Virus record (IMG/VR): IMGVR_UViG_3300031669_000001
Span: 281,070-345,069 of that record
DNA length: 64,000 nt
Reading direction: 5' to 3' (one strand)
Below are positions 39,505-50,297 of the stretch, in pieces. Below the pieces are notes generated by a model, which did not search any database, was not told the origin of the DNA, and saw only the letters and a list, made by a program, of their open reading frames with translations. Position 1 is the first letter of the stretch. Every line of letters starts with the position of its first letter. Made by a program: the position numbers and the translations under genes.

Positions 39505-39725
39505 ATCTATCTCAAGCTAACAAGCAGACGCTGGCAACTTACTGCGCGACAGGTGGAAAGGTTTATGAAGTTGCTTACGATCCAACAATAGTTGGAACTA
39601 AAGGCGGAACATCTACTCCTGAAGCGGATGCGATCGCTGCAGGTTTAATCCAATGGCACAAAGAATCCACGACAAATTTAATAGAAGTGATCTACACTTC
39701 AAGCGTCTGTCCTGCTTACGTATGA
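39501..39725 (+). CDS. Hypothetical protein
   Basis: ATGA overlaps on both sides. Confidence 0.65.
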   Translation: MNLSQANKQTLATYCATGGKVYEVAYDPTIVGTKGGTSTPEADAIAAGLIQWHKESTTNLIEVIYTSSVCPAYV

Positions 39726-40408
39726 TCTCTTTCAAAAATCTACTAACAGATTCTAATGAACAAAGCGCAGGCTTTGAATATCTGCCAAACTCTCGAATGA
39801 TGGGTAACGTCAACGTAAAAGCTGGTAGATACTATCTCATTCCCTTCTCGCTTAGAGCTAGCATGCAGATTATGCCTGTTATCATGAGCGTAAATTCTGA
39901 AATAGGTTTAAAGATAGAACTTATCGAGAGAACCATTATCAACAAAACGTTGGTGTTAGGCCCCAATAATAAAGTTCACTATTCTGTTGGAGTCTATCTT
40001 TATGGTGGATATTGTACCGAGGATAATGAAACGTGGTCTAGCGTTGTAACTTTTGGACGCTGTGGATATTCATCTTTTGCTTACGCGATAGATGAAGTTC
40101 AAGCTGACGGACTTACAATGGCACCAATAGCACAGTCAATTATCGTTCAAGATAATTCTGCTATGTTAGTTGGTGCAAATTACACAGTTGGAGTTTCAAC
40201 GTTACAAAATCAAAGCTACCCTATGAAGCTTGGAGCTAATTGGACGATGCTTTCAGATTGTTTTGATGAAAGCGTTGTGCCAAACATGATGACGGGGAGT
40301 TCTGTGTTAGGAGATGCAAATCCATCCTGGAAGCAATTGGCAGCAGATGGTAGTGATGGGCCTTACCTTGAAAAGGCATTGATAGCCTGTGAGCTATCTC
40401 ACAGTTAA
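39722..40408 (+). CDS. Hypothetical protein, possibly structural
   Basis: Coupled ORF. Confidence 0.65.
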   Translation: MISFKNLLTDSNEQSAGFEYLPNSRMMGNVNVKAGRYYLIPFSLRASMQIMPVIMSVNSEIGLKIELIERTIINKTLVLGPNNKVHYSVGVYLYGGYCTEDNETWSSVVTFGRCGYSSFAYAIDEVQADGLTMAPIAQSIIVQDNSAMLVGANYTVGVSTLQNQSYPMKLGANWTMLSDCFDESVVPNMMTGSSVLGDANPSWKQLAADGSDGPYLEKALIACELSHS

Positions 40409-40552
40409 CAGGATCATTCCTGCGTCACTGGTTTAAGAAAGACATATACCACTATTAACTATGAAGGAACTAGACGTGAACTGTTTACGGCGATGTTTGT
40501 TTATGCTGGATTGAAGCACACTGCAACTATCGAAGATTTTTGGAAAAAGGTT

Positions 40553-40837
40553 TCAGAAAGTTAAGAAAGCTGTAGCATCTGCGAGCTCGGCAATAACGTC
40601 TCCGTGACAGGCCTCAGGAGCGCACCAGCAACCTAGAATCTTTCCGCGCATTCCAGGTAAAAGGTACATCAACTCAACGTTGCCAAGCAGATATTCCCTG
40701 TACTTCTCGATGACTTCACTTCTAGTTCCATCCTTACCAATCTCATAAGGGTTACCCCAAATCGATGGACGTCCAATGTAGACGTCAAACGGATCTCGCT
40801 TAAAGTGAACTACTCGAGTTTTCACTCCAACAACCAA
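40553..40837 (-). CDS. DUF4326 domain protein
   Basis: DVYIGRPSIWGNPY...GKILGCWCAPEACHGDV. Confidence 0.85.
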   Translation of the reverse strand: MVVGVKTRVVHFKRDPFDVYIGRPSIWGNPYEIGKDGTRSEVIEKYREYLLGNVELMYLLPGMRGKILGCWCAPEACHGDVIAELADATAFLTF

Positions 40838-41460
40838 TCATATAGTTGCCTAAAGTCGGGAGATTTTTCGTTAAAGAATCTAGGCCAGCTTTCAAAGTTA
40901 CCTTCATTTTCAAACATAACTAACCAACCGGTAGAGTGACCTGTTCCATAAAAGTCATCGATCTTTTCAGGATCATACTCGATCTTCTTGTCATCTTTGA
41001 CCCAGTGAGTCTTAAACTTCTTGCTCAGCTTTTTAATGGCAGGCACCATCATTTCAGAGTGAACGTCACCTATCATGATCTTCGGTGATTTTTCATGACG
41101 CTTCAAAAACCAAATGAACTTTTCAAGAACGTTCTGTCCTCGAAACTTATTATCGATGTAAGCTACGTTGATCAGCTTTGCATCATAATCTGTATCAGTC
41201 TCAACTTCAAAGAACGCTACACCTGTTTCCTTTTCCATCAATAGATAGATGAACCATTCATCCTCTGGAAACTTATACACTTGAAATTTCTCAATGTCAC
41301 CAACATGTTCATAAGAATGATCTTCGTGAAACGTGATGACATATTTGTCAAAGAATCGCTTGAGGTTGTAAGACAGGTTGCCTGCCTTCATAGTCATTTC
41401 TCTTAATTTCACATCAATCCCACAAACTTTGATAATATTTTCCAAACATTTCGATAGCAA
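40822..41460 (-). CDS. Hypothetical protein, GNAT-like segment; start uncertain
   Basis: AYIDNKFRGQNV resembles GNAT motif A. Confidence 0.55.
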   Translation of the reverse strand: MLSKCLENIIKVCGIDVKLREMTMKAGNLSYNLKRFFDKYVITFHEDHSYEHVGDIEKFQVYKFPEDEWFIYLLMEKETGVAFFEVETDTDYDAKLINVAYIDNKFRGQNVLEKFIWFLKRHEKSPKIMIGDVHSEMMVPAIKKLSKKFKTHWVKDDKKIEYDPEKIDDFYGTGHSTGWLVMFENEGNFESWPRFFNEKSPDFRQLYDWLLE

Positions 41461-42043
41461 CTGTAATTCTGTCTTGATGGGCTCTCATGCCTTCCCAATC
41501 GTACTTTCCTTCTTCCTTCCAACGGACAGGAACGATAGTTTTACCTTCATCCTCTGGATAGTCTGCGAGATCGAGCTGACAAGGAACTTCACAATACTGA
41601 GCTTCCCAATCATAGTTAGGTTGAAGCTGTTCAAACGCCCAGATCATCTCATCCATCATCGCTTCCCACTGTGCATGGCCAGTCTCCCACGCCAGATTAT
41701 CACCCTCTTCGTAGAAGTCGAAGCTACCTTGTGCAGAGTTGCTTGTCTGATCAAACACTGGTAGATTCGGGGATCCATGTTTCTTAATTTTTAACTGCTT
41801 CAGCATGGGAAGAATGATGATAGCGAGAGTATCATCCATGCTCCACGTATCATACTCATCAATCTTAATCTTGATCATTCGACGGCGCTTATCGTGAATC
41901 CATTGACAAACGTCTGTAATCCAATCTGGTAAATTTTTAGCCCAACGATGAGCAGTTTCCTCGCTTACACCAACTTTGGTCAACAGCTCCAAGATTTGGT
42001 AAGGACCCCACCAATTGAGGTATGGACCGATCTTTACTTTCAT
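41414..42043 (-). CDS. Conserved T4-like phage hypothetical protein
   Basis: KIDEYDTWSMDDTLA..ILPMLKQLK..KHGSP ... FGKYYQSLWD. Confidence 0.8.
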   Translation of the reverse strand: MKVKIGPYLNWWGPYQILELLTKVGVSEETAHRWAKNLPDWITDVCQWIHDKRRRMIKIKIDEYDTWSMDDTLAIIILPMLKQLKIKKHGSPNLPVFDQTSNSAQGSFDFYEEGDNLAWETGHAQWEAMMDEMIWAFEQLQPNYDWEAQYCEVPCQLDLADYPEDEGKTIVPVRWKEEGKYDWEGMRAHQDRITVAIEMFGKYYQSLWD

Positions 42044-42277
42044 AGCTGCTTCTCTGTGCGAATTACAACTCGAGTAATAGGATCGATGATCAATCCACGA
42101 ACGAGACCGTTGCCACGACCTTCACCCCTCTTTGTTACGTTAGAAATTAACCACTCAGCATCTTCAGGGCTGAATGTTTTTCTGACGTAAGCTTCATTGA
42201 TCTTCTTCATGTCTTCTCCAAAAGGAAACAAGGGCACATTATGCACCCTTGTTCTTTGCAGCTTCAAGCTCCAGAAT

Positions 42278-42901
42278 CTAAGCCTGCAAAACCCTGGAGT
42301 TTGGGTTCTTGATCTGGCTGATCAGGAATGCCATTTGATCGGCCTTGATGTTGCGACCTTTCATGATCATGTGCTCTGCCTTACATGGTACGTACGGCAG
42401 ATAAACAGGATGCATGTGACCGTCACCTTGCGGGCCTGGGTAACCAGAATGATCGTAAGGAATCTTCTGACCGTGCAGCATGTCACCTTTCAGTGAGTTG
42501 CAGCTCTTGCAAGCTGTAACAACGTTCATCCAGATATCCTTACCACCCTTAGACCTCGGTTGAACGTGGTCACGAGTCAGGTCAACTGCACGATAGATTC
42601 TGGTGCAGTACGCGCAGACGTGGCGGTCACGCTGGAACAGAGACGGGTTCGTAAGAGCCGGGTCCTTGTACTTGCGCGGGTTTGGTGCGCCGTCAACCAC
42701 GATGATCGAGCTGGTCTCAATCTTTGACTGCTCTCCAGTGAAGCGGTTCTTTCCACCGTGGTAAACGATGATAGCTTCACCAAGATGGTCGATAACCTCG
42801 TTGGTTGCTTCGTGCGCAATAGCCTTCTCGATGTCGATCCAGCTGTGCGGGGTCCAGTTACGGTCCAATACTAAAATTTCATCTCTCATTATAAACTCCA
42901 T
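42278..42901 (-). CDS. HNH endonuclease
   Basis: RDRHVCAYC, LTRDHVQPRSKGG, WMNVVTACKSCNSLKG. Confidence 0.9.
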   Translation of the reverse strand: MEFIMRDEILVLDRNWTPHSWIDIEKAIAHEATNEVIDHLGEAIIVYHGGKNRFTGEQSKIETSSIIVVDGAPNPRKYKDPALTNPSLFQRDRHVCAYCTRIYRAVDLTRDHVQPRSKGGKDIWMNVVTACKSCNSLKGDMLHGQKIPYDHSGYPGPQGDGHMHPVYLPYVPCKAEHMIMKGRNIKADQMAFLISQIKNPNSRVLQA

Positions 42902-43000
42902 AACCCGTTACAACGTTGGTGTCTTTCCAACGATCACTAGAGGTGGGCAGTTCCCTTCTAGGATTATTTTCTATTTATTCTTTAGCAAAATGAAAAGTAA

Positions 43001-43031
43001 AAGCACTTTGAGCTTCTCACTCAAAGTGCTT
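43001..43031. terminator. Hairpin terminator after rIIB
   Basis: AAGCACTTTGAG-CTTCTCA-CTCAAAGTGCTT with T-rich flank on the minus strand. Confidence 0.7.
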
Positions 43032-43066
43032 ACTTTCAAACTGAAAGAAGATACTTCAGGAGGATT

Positions 43067-44119
43067 CTACTCTTTTTGCAACTTTGCTACAGCAGCCTTG
43101 ACTACACCGCGTACAGACTTCGTTTCGATGGACATGAAGTAAACTTCAATGAAGTCTGTTCCATTTACGTTAACATCCATGTCAAGCACGAACCGATGGC
43201 CATCAGATTTAACACCGACTCTAACCTTGCCATCGCGGCAGAGGTTGAAGCTTTCTGCCAGCGCTTCCAAGCTAGGACGAAGTCCGCTCTTCACGAAAGT
43301 CACTTCAGGCGCCGAGGCTGCCTTGTTATCTTCATCGATGAACGCATCGTTGAATGCTTCTACCTTCTCGCGATTTACGCTCTTGTACTCTCCAACGACG
43401 TAGTACTCGCTTGCGCGGCCCTTTTGGCAGTTGTAATCCTTAGGGATCGCGAAGATGTGTCGAGGGTTCACCTTGACGATTACCACCTTCGAACCGCTTG
43501 TATCACCGTAGTGAGACAGATATCCCAGAGAAGCAAAGTGCAGACCGCGAGAGCACTCGTTCCGACGATCCGTATCAACTTCTGCCTGCTTCATGCGAAC
43601 AATCTTGCCTGGTGAATTGTCCATGGTACCAGTGTAGATGTCTTTGAAGTCACCTGCAACTTTCTTGTAAGCCAAGACGCAGCCATCGGTTGTGATGGGA
43701 GCTTTTCCAGATGCAAGCCACTCGTACAGTTCACCAGCAACATCCTTCAGAGGATTCTTCTGGATGTTTTCCATCAGGTACATCAGCGCGTTTGCATACT
43801 TCTCACAGCCAGGCTTTCCGAGGTCACGCAAGATGCGGTCAACCAAAGCACCGTCCAGCAGAACTTCCTTGTGGTTGCGAGTGTCTGTGAAATAGACTTT
43901 GCCGTTGCGAACGAATACCTTGCTCTTCGCGTTGCTGCTAACGCCGGTGGCGTTAATTGTCTTTTCGATGCTCATCAGAGATTCCAGCTTTTTGTAGTCG
44001 CGTACCTTCAGCGCTTCCAGGATTGCAGGGAAGTTTTGATGAGAACTCGCGATCGTGCTCTGCTTTCCATCTCTAAAGAGCGTAAGACCACCATCGTGAC
44101 GAGTATAAAAAATTGACAT
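43067..44119 (-). CDS. rIIB: rIIB-like protein
   Basis: PITTDGCVLAYKKV, CSRGLHF, VKVNPRHIFAIPKDYN..KGR. Confidence 0.9.
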   Translation of the reverse strand: MSIFYTRHDGGLTLFRDGKQSTIASSHQNFPAILEALKVRDYKKLESLMSIEKTINATGVSSNAKSKVFVRNGKVYFTDTRNHKEVLLDGALVDRILRDLGKPGCEKYANALMYLMENIQKNPLKDVAGELYEWLASGKAPITTDGCVLAYKKVAGDFKDIYTGTMDNSPGKIVRMKQAEVDTDRRNECSRGLHFASLGYLSHYGDTSGSKVVIVKVNPRHIFAIPKDYNCQKGRASEYYVVGEYKSVNREKVEAFNDAFIDEDNKAASAPEVTFVKSGLRPSLEALAESFNLCRDGKVRVGVKSDGHRFVLDMDVNVNGTDFIEVYFMSIETKSVRGVVKAAVAKLQKE

Positions 44120-44185
44120 GTTGTGTTTCTCCTTTAATCGATTGATGAATTATATCTCAAATCTCACAGAAAGTAAACAACTTTG

Positions 44186-46876
44186 TTAAACGGTTTCAAC
44201 TTCAGCTTCTGCTTCAATTACCGCTTTTTGAATCAAGCTGTCAACTTGCTCGATGTACGAGATCATAGCTTTCAGCTTTACACCTTTATCATAAACGCTA
44301 CCGTAACCAACGTAAGTCAACATTTGATATTGCGCATCGATTTGATCTTGAATATCTTTGGCATTTTGTTCATAATTAACAAAAGTGTGTTTAGCACCTA
44401 TCAAGTTGAACACATCAAGCTTAGCAAACGCCAGAGCAAATTTTGAACTGTTAGTGCGAAGTTCGCGATACTCTGCAAAGATTGACTTGAAGAAGCTACT
44501 AGAACCATTCCAACCATCTGCAAGTTTTAAGTTGCTTGATGACGAGAAGGTATCGTACATGCCTTTGAGATGCCGAACTTTCGACAGTGTCACGATACGG
44601 CTGACGACGTCGATGAACTTCTCATCTTCTTCCATCTTCACAATCTTACCGCTAATCAAAGAGGAGATCGCGGTAAGCTTAACACCTTTCTTCAGGAGAT
44701 AAGCGTGCTGACCTTCATTGATCATCAAGATTGGAAGGATCTTGCGAGTTTTTTGTACGGTCGTCACCACGATATTTCCATTTGCATCGTGGTGACGTTC
44801 ATCTACGTTGTATGTTTGTTCAACTATAGCGTCATTGAACATTCCAAGATGAGATGAGAGGCTCATCAAGAAAGAATTCTTGTAGCAGGATTCTTTCAAG
44901 CTCCCAACATCATCGAAGAACTTAGTACGAACGCGGCGCTTTATAACGAAGAACACTTCTTTGCACGCGCGAAGAGATTCCAAGGTAACTACCTTTTCTT
45001 CGTGCTTTAAATCAAAGTGATTTACCTTGATGCGAGGAGCGTTAACGTCAAAGTAAGCGTCGCCGACAGACATGTCGATTGGATTGCCAATGTGATAGGT
45101 CGCTACGTTGAGCTTCAATGATTCTTTATCCAACTTTACTTTTGCTATTGGTGCGCGAGCGTCTGGAAGATCAGAGAGACGCTTGACAACTGAACCTACC
45201 AGTGAGCTCTTTATCACCGAGGCAAGATCGAGATTTACATCGTCAACAGAGCAGAGCTTCTCGTTGAATTCAACGAAAACGATTTGCGCGTCATTCAGCT
45301 TTTCTGTAGCCAAGACTGTGTGATTTGTAACGATAGCTTTGAAGCGATCGCGACCAGTTCCACCTACGTCGTTGATGATGAACACCAAGGACTTGTAATG
45401 AGAATCTACCTTGAAGTGGTTCACCGTGTAGATGTCAAACTTTTCGATGTTGCTGAGAAATTGATCAAACATGCTTGGTTCGGTTTTAGCGCGCTTTTTC
45501 GAGATCAGATTTGGTCTCCAATCATGATTGGAGATAACTTCTTCTCCAGCATGGATCGTGTAATCGTATGAAGAAGATGAAATAAACAGCTCATGAGCTG
45601 AAGTTTCCTCGATTGACGAAACGGTGAGTGCAGTTGCAGATTCCAGGAAGTAACGGTGCGACCTGCCACGTGAAGCTGCGCTGTACAATCCAAAATCTTG
45701 GTAGAGGTCACGCTTGAACCTGTAGGTTCCGTTGATCAGGTCTTTGATGTAGAAGGAGACTCCTTGAAAGTCGATCTTTTCATCTGTATCTTTGTCTAGC
45801 AGCAGGCGAGTGTACGCATTTTCCTGTTCTTCAGATCCACCGTTGGATTTTATACCAACAACTTTGCGGAATTCTTTGAAAGTTTTTGCGAACTCGTAGT
45901 ACAAAGACAGGTGATCTTTGCTAGCAGCAAATACTTTTTGATAGAAGGAGTCAGCAAGTTCAGCGCGAACAGCTTCGAGACGATTGATCAACTGTTTGCA
46001 AGTAAACTCTGTGTAGGAAAGAGATTCGCGAGAAGCTGCAAACTCCAACGCACCAAGAGGGAACGTAATGATGAACGCATTGTCAGCGATCACCTTCAAG
46101 CTTGCAGGCAAGTTAGGAATCGATCCAGATTCAATAGGATATGCAACGTTACCCATGATCGCGAGAGCTGAATGACGGTCGTAGGAATTTTCAACATTTT
46201 CCAGGAACCAGCCTTTACCATCAACCACCTTTACAGGCTCTGCCAGATCGAGGTCATTTACGTCAACGCCGATCACCAGAGGTTTAACGTTTGCCCAGTA
46301 CTTGTAGATGCGAGCGTAGCGTTTGTAGAAAGCGTAGGTGTCTTCTGGACGAACTGCAAATTCAACGGTAACACCGTCAGAATCTGTGGTAGCTTCTTCA
46401 CCAACTTTAGAACCTTGAGGAGTTCCCTTCTCGTTGATGAAGCAGAAGTAGGTGTACTCGATACCTTTGAAGCGGTTCTTAACGATGAAGGAGCTCTTTG
46501 TGTAAGCGAAAGCTGACTTCGAACCGAGGCCGAGAGCGCCGATAGTTTCTTCATCTTCAGTTTTTGTGGAGCGGCCGTATGTCCAGAAGATCTTACCGAT
46601 CTCAGCAGGGTCAACACCTGTACCCTCGTCAGTAACTGAGAAGGTTGTGTCGAGATAGCTGGGGAGACGTACCGTGAATGGAACATCGCGTTTGCCGACG
46701 GACACGTGAGCGTCGAAGGCATTGCAGATGTACTCGCGAATGACCGCGAGAATTTTGTCTTTGTAGATACCGTCTGAGAGAATCGAGAACATCTTTGCAG
46801 AGTTCTCGATCGTCATGTCTATGCGTTCTTCAGGAAGATCACCTTCAAAACCGTGATTATCAGTAATAAGCTTCAT
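44186..46876 (-). CDS. rIIA: rIIA-like protein (GHKL ATPase N-terminus)
   Basis: ILSDGIYKDKILAVIREYICNAFDAH, GALGLGSKSAFAY, SRESLSY. Confidence 0.92.
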   Translation of the reverse strand: MKLITDNHGFEGDLPEERIDMTIENSAKMFSILSDGIYKDKILAVIREYICNAFDAHVSVGKRDVPFTVRLPSYLDTTFSVTDEGTGVDPAEIGKIFWTYGRSTKTEDEETIGALGLGSKSAFAYTKSSFIVKNRFKGIEYTYFCFINEKGTPQGSKVGEEATTDSDGVTVEFAVRPEDTYAFYKRYARIYKYWANVKPLVIGVDVNDLDLAEPVKVVDGKGWFLENVENSYDRHSALAIMGNVAYPIESGSIPNLPASLKVIADNAFIITFPLGALEFAASRESLSYTEFTCKQLINRLEAVRAELADSFYQKVFAASKDHLSLYYEFAKTFKEFRKVVGIKSNGGSEEQENAYTRLLLDKDTDEKIDFQGVSFYIKDLINGTYRFKRDLYQDFGLYSAASRGRSHRYFLESATALTVSSIEETSAHELFISSSSYDYTIHAGEEVISNHDWRPNLISKKRAKTEPSMFDQFLSNIEKFDIYTVNHFKVDSHYKSLVFIINDVGGTGRDRFKAIVTNHTVLATEKLNDAQIVFVEFNEKLCSVDDVNLDLASVIKSSLVGSVVKRLSDLPDARAPIAKVKLDKESLKLNVATYHIGNPIDMSVGDAYFDVNAPRIKVNHFDLKHEEKVVTLESLRACKEVFFVIKRRVRTKFFDDVGSLKESCYKNSFLMSLSSHLGMFNDAIVEQTYNVDERHHDANGNIVVTTVQKTRKILPILMINEGQHAYLLKKGVKLTAISSLISGKIVKMEEDEKFIDVVSRIVTLSKVRHLKGMYDTFSSSSNLKLADGWNGSSSFFKSIFAEYRELRTNSSKFALAFAKLDVFNLIGAKHTFVNYEQNAKDIQDQIDAQYQMLTYVGYGSVYDKGVKLKAMISYIEQVDSLIQKAVIEAEAEVETV

Positions 46877-47403
46877 TCGTCCACCTTTCTTTAGAAGATG
46901 TGTAATTATAACACAACTGCGAAAAAAGTAAACAGAATTAGTGCTTTTATCGACTATGCAGCGAAACCGTTATCTAATACTACGGTTCTCAAGACATCAT
47001 GCGCGTTTGTGATCACGAGCTTTTTGTCCTTTACAAACTGTAGAATTTGAGCGAGAGATGCTCGTTGAATGATGATCTTGTCTTCGATCAAGCTGTGCAG
47101 TTGGCCGTACAGAATTGCTCGGCCGAATTGATACTCACCTTGGATGTAGCGTATCTCTACGTGTGATGGATCTATAGTTGTCATTTTATGCCTCTGATTT
47201 GTTTTGTGGTGCTTCTTATTTATAACGATCAGAAGTTAGATTTTATGAGATTTTTCTTAACGATATCGAAAGCTTCGGTAGCCTTTACCAAGAATTCTTC
47301 TTTTGTATCTGTGACTTTAAATCGAATCACACACTCGTAAAGAGTTCCACCATTCTTACCATCGGCGTCATTGTCTATCACAGCAAGCGTTATTAAAGTT
47401 TCT

Positions 47404-48180
47404 TTATTCATTGTCTACCCCAGTTATAACCTTCACCAAGTGCGATTTAACCATCTCCCAATTTCTGTCGTTTGCTTTATTCAGAGCCCACTCAGTGTGC
47501 CAATTAGTTTCATTGTCTTGGAATGTCTTACAACCTTGAGCGAACTCTGATCGAGTGTACGTTGTACACTTCATGAGTTCGATCTCATCTTTAAGACCGA
47601 GATATTGTTTACGCAACTGCGCGGGAGATTCTTCGTAAGGTTGCATCAAATCTGCGTCGCGAATGATTCTCTCTGTCATGATCGATGGTTCATAAATGAA
47701 GGGATATTGCGTTACTTTGATGACGTTAAACGCAGTGGCAGATGCCAACGAACTCAATCCAAGCAATCTCGATTGGGCGTAGGCCTGCGCAACTTTCAAT
47801 CCTTCAAGCGCCATCTTGATATTTTCAGAGTCAACAAGCTTTCCACCTGAATGATTGAAGTCATGAAGCAGCGCGCCAGCGCAGAGACCTCTAAGTTCTT
47901 CGCCTTCTATCTTGCTGTGCCAAGCACCTTCATAACAGTTCAACAACACACATTCAGAATGATACAGATTGTGGTAAGGCAAATCGTTGCTTTTGTTGAA
48001 TGACACTAAGAACTCGTAAAATGGTTCCAAGTTTAAGCGATCAACTACAACTTCAACAGCAACCTTACCTAAGGACTGAAGTCGATATGCTTTGATCGCT
48101 CTGAAGATCTTCATGTCTAGCTCCAAAGCATCTTCAATATTCATCGGTTTCTTAAATTCGAGAGTTGCCATTATTTCCAC
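47404..48180 (-). CDS. HD-domain phosphohydrolase
   Basis: PYHNLYH, LLHDFNHSG, IRDADL. Confidence 0.85.
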   Translation of the reverse strand: MEIMATLEFKKPMNIEDALELDMKIFRAIKAYRLQSLGKVAVEVVVDRLNLEPFYEFLVSFNKSNDLPYHNLYHSECVLLNCYEGAWHSKIEGEELRGLCAGALLHDFNHSGGKLVDSENIKMALEGLKVAQAYAQSRLLGLSSLASATAFNVIKVTQYPFIYEPSIMTERIIRDADLMQPYEESPAQLRKQYLGLKDEIELMKCTTYTRSEFAQGCKTFQDNETNWHTEWALNKANDRNWEMVKSHLVKVITGVDNE

Positions 48181-48743
48181 GTGTCCTTATACTTTTTACA
48201 ATCTTCCACCGGAACACTTGAAGTAAAGCCGAGCTCAGTGAACAGACGGTGACAAAATTTGTAGGTGAATTCAAAGATTCGAGGGCTGTTGTTAGTAGCG
48301 TTTCCTGCGATGTTGATGATGTAGGAATGATCTGTAAGGAATTTGTGACGCTCATAGCGAGATTTTGTGCCACTGATGACCCAATTCGCGTCAAAGTTGT
48401 TCAAGCATCCTTCCATGTCAGAAGGGTCAAACTTCAAGGGGAAGTGAGTGATCTCAAACTTTTTGCATTGATTGAGCGTCAATTTGGTACCTGCAGAGTT
48501 CATGTCTTCTGAAAGAACGAGAGTTATGTTTGAACTCTTCAAGTTCTCGATAGTCCGTTCTCGATAACCTGAGCTCCAATGCTCTTTTATGCCAAATGTT
48601 TCAGCCATTTCGGGGTGATTACCGTTAACAGTTCTGAAACCGTGAGGAGCAAGACCACCTGTCGGTATTCCAAAGTGCTTAGCAGCCCACAATCCAGCAA
48701 CGTCGGCACCTGTTTGAGCACCAGAGATGACACGAAGACTCAT
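48171..48743 (-). CDS. SLOG-superfamily (cpYpsA / molybdenum-carrier-like) protein
   Basis: VISGAQTGADVAGL, RTIENL, GTKLT, INIAGN. Confidence 0.8.
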   Translation of the reverse strand: MSLRVISGAQTGADVAGLWAAKHFGIPTGGLAPHGFRTVNGNHPEMAETFGIKEHWSSGYRERTIENLKSSNITLVLSEDMNSAGTKLTLNQCKKFEITHFPLKFDPSDMEGCLNNFDANWVISGTKSRYERHKFLTDHSYIINIAGNATNNSPRIFEFTYKFCHRLFTELGFTSSVPVEDCKKYKDTWK

Positions 48744-48902
48744 GAAGTAATCCTTACGCACATTTAAGGTAGACATTATATCATAGACGATGAAAAAAGT
48801 AAAATCTTTGTTTGGGGTGCCGAGAAACAGTAAATATCTGACAACAGAACAAAACAAAGCTGAGAGGGCTGCATTACAAAACTAATCCCAGCGAGGAAAA
48901 AC

Positions 48903-49184
48903 ATGGAAGAATTGATTAGCTTTATCTTTACCGATCCTACAAAATTAGGAATGGTGGGGCTTATGATGCTCATTACATTAGGCACCCTATGGATGATGGA
49001 TCGTAGAGACAAAGATCATAAGGCAGATATAAAGGACTTGATAGATCAGGCTCAAAAGCAGAATGAAGAGAACAAGAAGGACTTGATGCAAATTATCCAG
49101 AAGTATCAAGAAGGACAGATAAGCGTAATCCAGGCGATTAACGAGATTAAAATCCTTCTTGCAACCATCGGCGCTAAATTATAA
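48903..49184 (+). CDS. Single-TM holin-like protein
   Basis: One N-terminal transmembrane helix followed by a coiled coil. Confidence 0.5.
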   Translation: MEELISFIFTDPTKLGMVGLMMLITLGTLWMMDRRDKDHKADIKDLIDQAQKQNEENKKDLMQIIQKYQEGQISVIQAINEIKILLATIGAKL

Positions 49185-49200
49185 TAGCAGGGAATTTGAC

Positions 49201-49863
49201 ATGGATTTTTCAAGAAGTGCTATGAAACAGAAGAGAGTTTTGAGAATGAAAGCTCTAGAAGATGCAGCTACCATCAATAGGAAAATAATTGACGGAAAGC
49301 TAAAAGAAGCTAGCATCATTGATCAACAATTAACAAATTTGTTGAATGATACCAAGACTTTGACAAAGACAGTCAGAGAGAAGCTTAGCGGTCGTCTCAA
49401 GATCAACTCTAAAACGTTAAAGTCTATCTGTCGTAGAATCAACGAGGGAGTTGTAATCTTAAACAGTGATGGAATCGTATTAGAGGCTAATAAGGCCTTT
49501 GAAGATTTATTCTTGGATGGAGAAAGTATTGTAAATTCAAAATTCAAATCAATCTGTTCCAAGCTTGAGCCTACAACAGAAGATGGCAAAAAATATTCTT
49601 TGACTCCTAACTTTAAACAACTTGCGCAAAGAATCTTTGACTCTAAAGATTTTACAACTCCAATTCAAGCTGAAATTTCATTGTTTGTTAATCAGAAAAA
49701 TCATCCTGAGCAAAGCAAGTGCATTTTCTCTCTTAGTGTATTAGACAATGATCCAACTGAAGTGGATGATGTAACTTTCATGCTATTTTTCAAATGCTTA
49801 AATCGTTCGTCAGATAGAGAACGTAGGCACAAAGATAGACAGCTCACTCAATCTTCTTTGTAA
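49201..49863 (+). CDS. PAS-domain protein
   Basis: INEGVVILNSDGIVLEANKAFEDLF. Confidence 0.7.
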   Translation: MDFSRSAMKQKRVLRMKALEDAATINRKIIDGKLKEASIIDQQLTNLLNDTKTLTKTVREKLSGRLKINSKTLKSICRRINEGVVILNSDGIVLEANKAFEDLFLDGESIVNSKFKSICSKLEPTTEDGKKYSLTPNFKQLAQRIFDSKDFTTPIQAEISLFVNQKNHPEQSKCIFSLSVLDNDPTEVDDVTFMLFFKCLNRSSDRERRHKDRQLTQSSL

Positions 49864-50297
49864 TCGATTGGGAAGCAGGTTTTGTCGTGAAACTTCGACC
49901 AGGCCATCGAGAAGAAGTTTTGTTTATCAGCTAAAGCTGGATTCTTTTCTAACTCAATCTTCTTCTTATTCTGATAATGTTCTAACGTTTTAAAAACTGC
50001 CCAAGCAAGAGCTGCGATCACCGCAAGTCCAACTATCGACAATAAAAATCCTTTAGTTTGATCATCCATCGGCAAGATGCCGTAATGAATCGACGCCAAT
50101 ACCCATGAAGCCACGTGTGCTATCGGCTTTAAAAATATAAAATACAGAATGATCATAAACAACATAATGTTCATTAAGCCTTTGCCCATCTTCCTAAGGT
50201 AGGTGCAGAAATCTTGTGGCTTGTTGTACCACGTATTGTCACCTCCCGTCGCGTAAAAGCTTACAAGTCTGTAGTGCCACGATTTTTCATTCCACAT
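49848..50297 (-). CDS. Membrane protein
   Basis: SWHYRL..DFCTYLRK; two transmembrane helices. Confidence 0.7.
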   Translation of the reverse strand: MWNEKSWHYRLVSFYATGGDNTWYNKPQDFCTYLRKMGKGLMNIMLFMIILYFIFLKPIAHVASWVLASIHYGILPMDDQTKGFLLSIVGLAVIAALAWAVFKTLEHYQNKKKIELEKNPALADKQNFFSMAWSKFHDKTCFPIDYKED

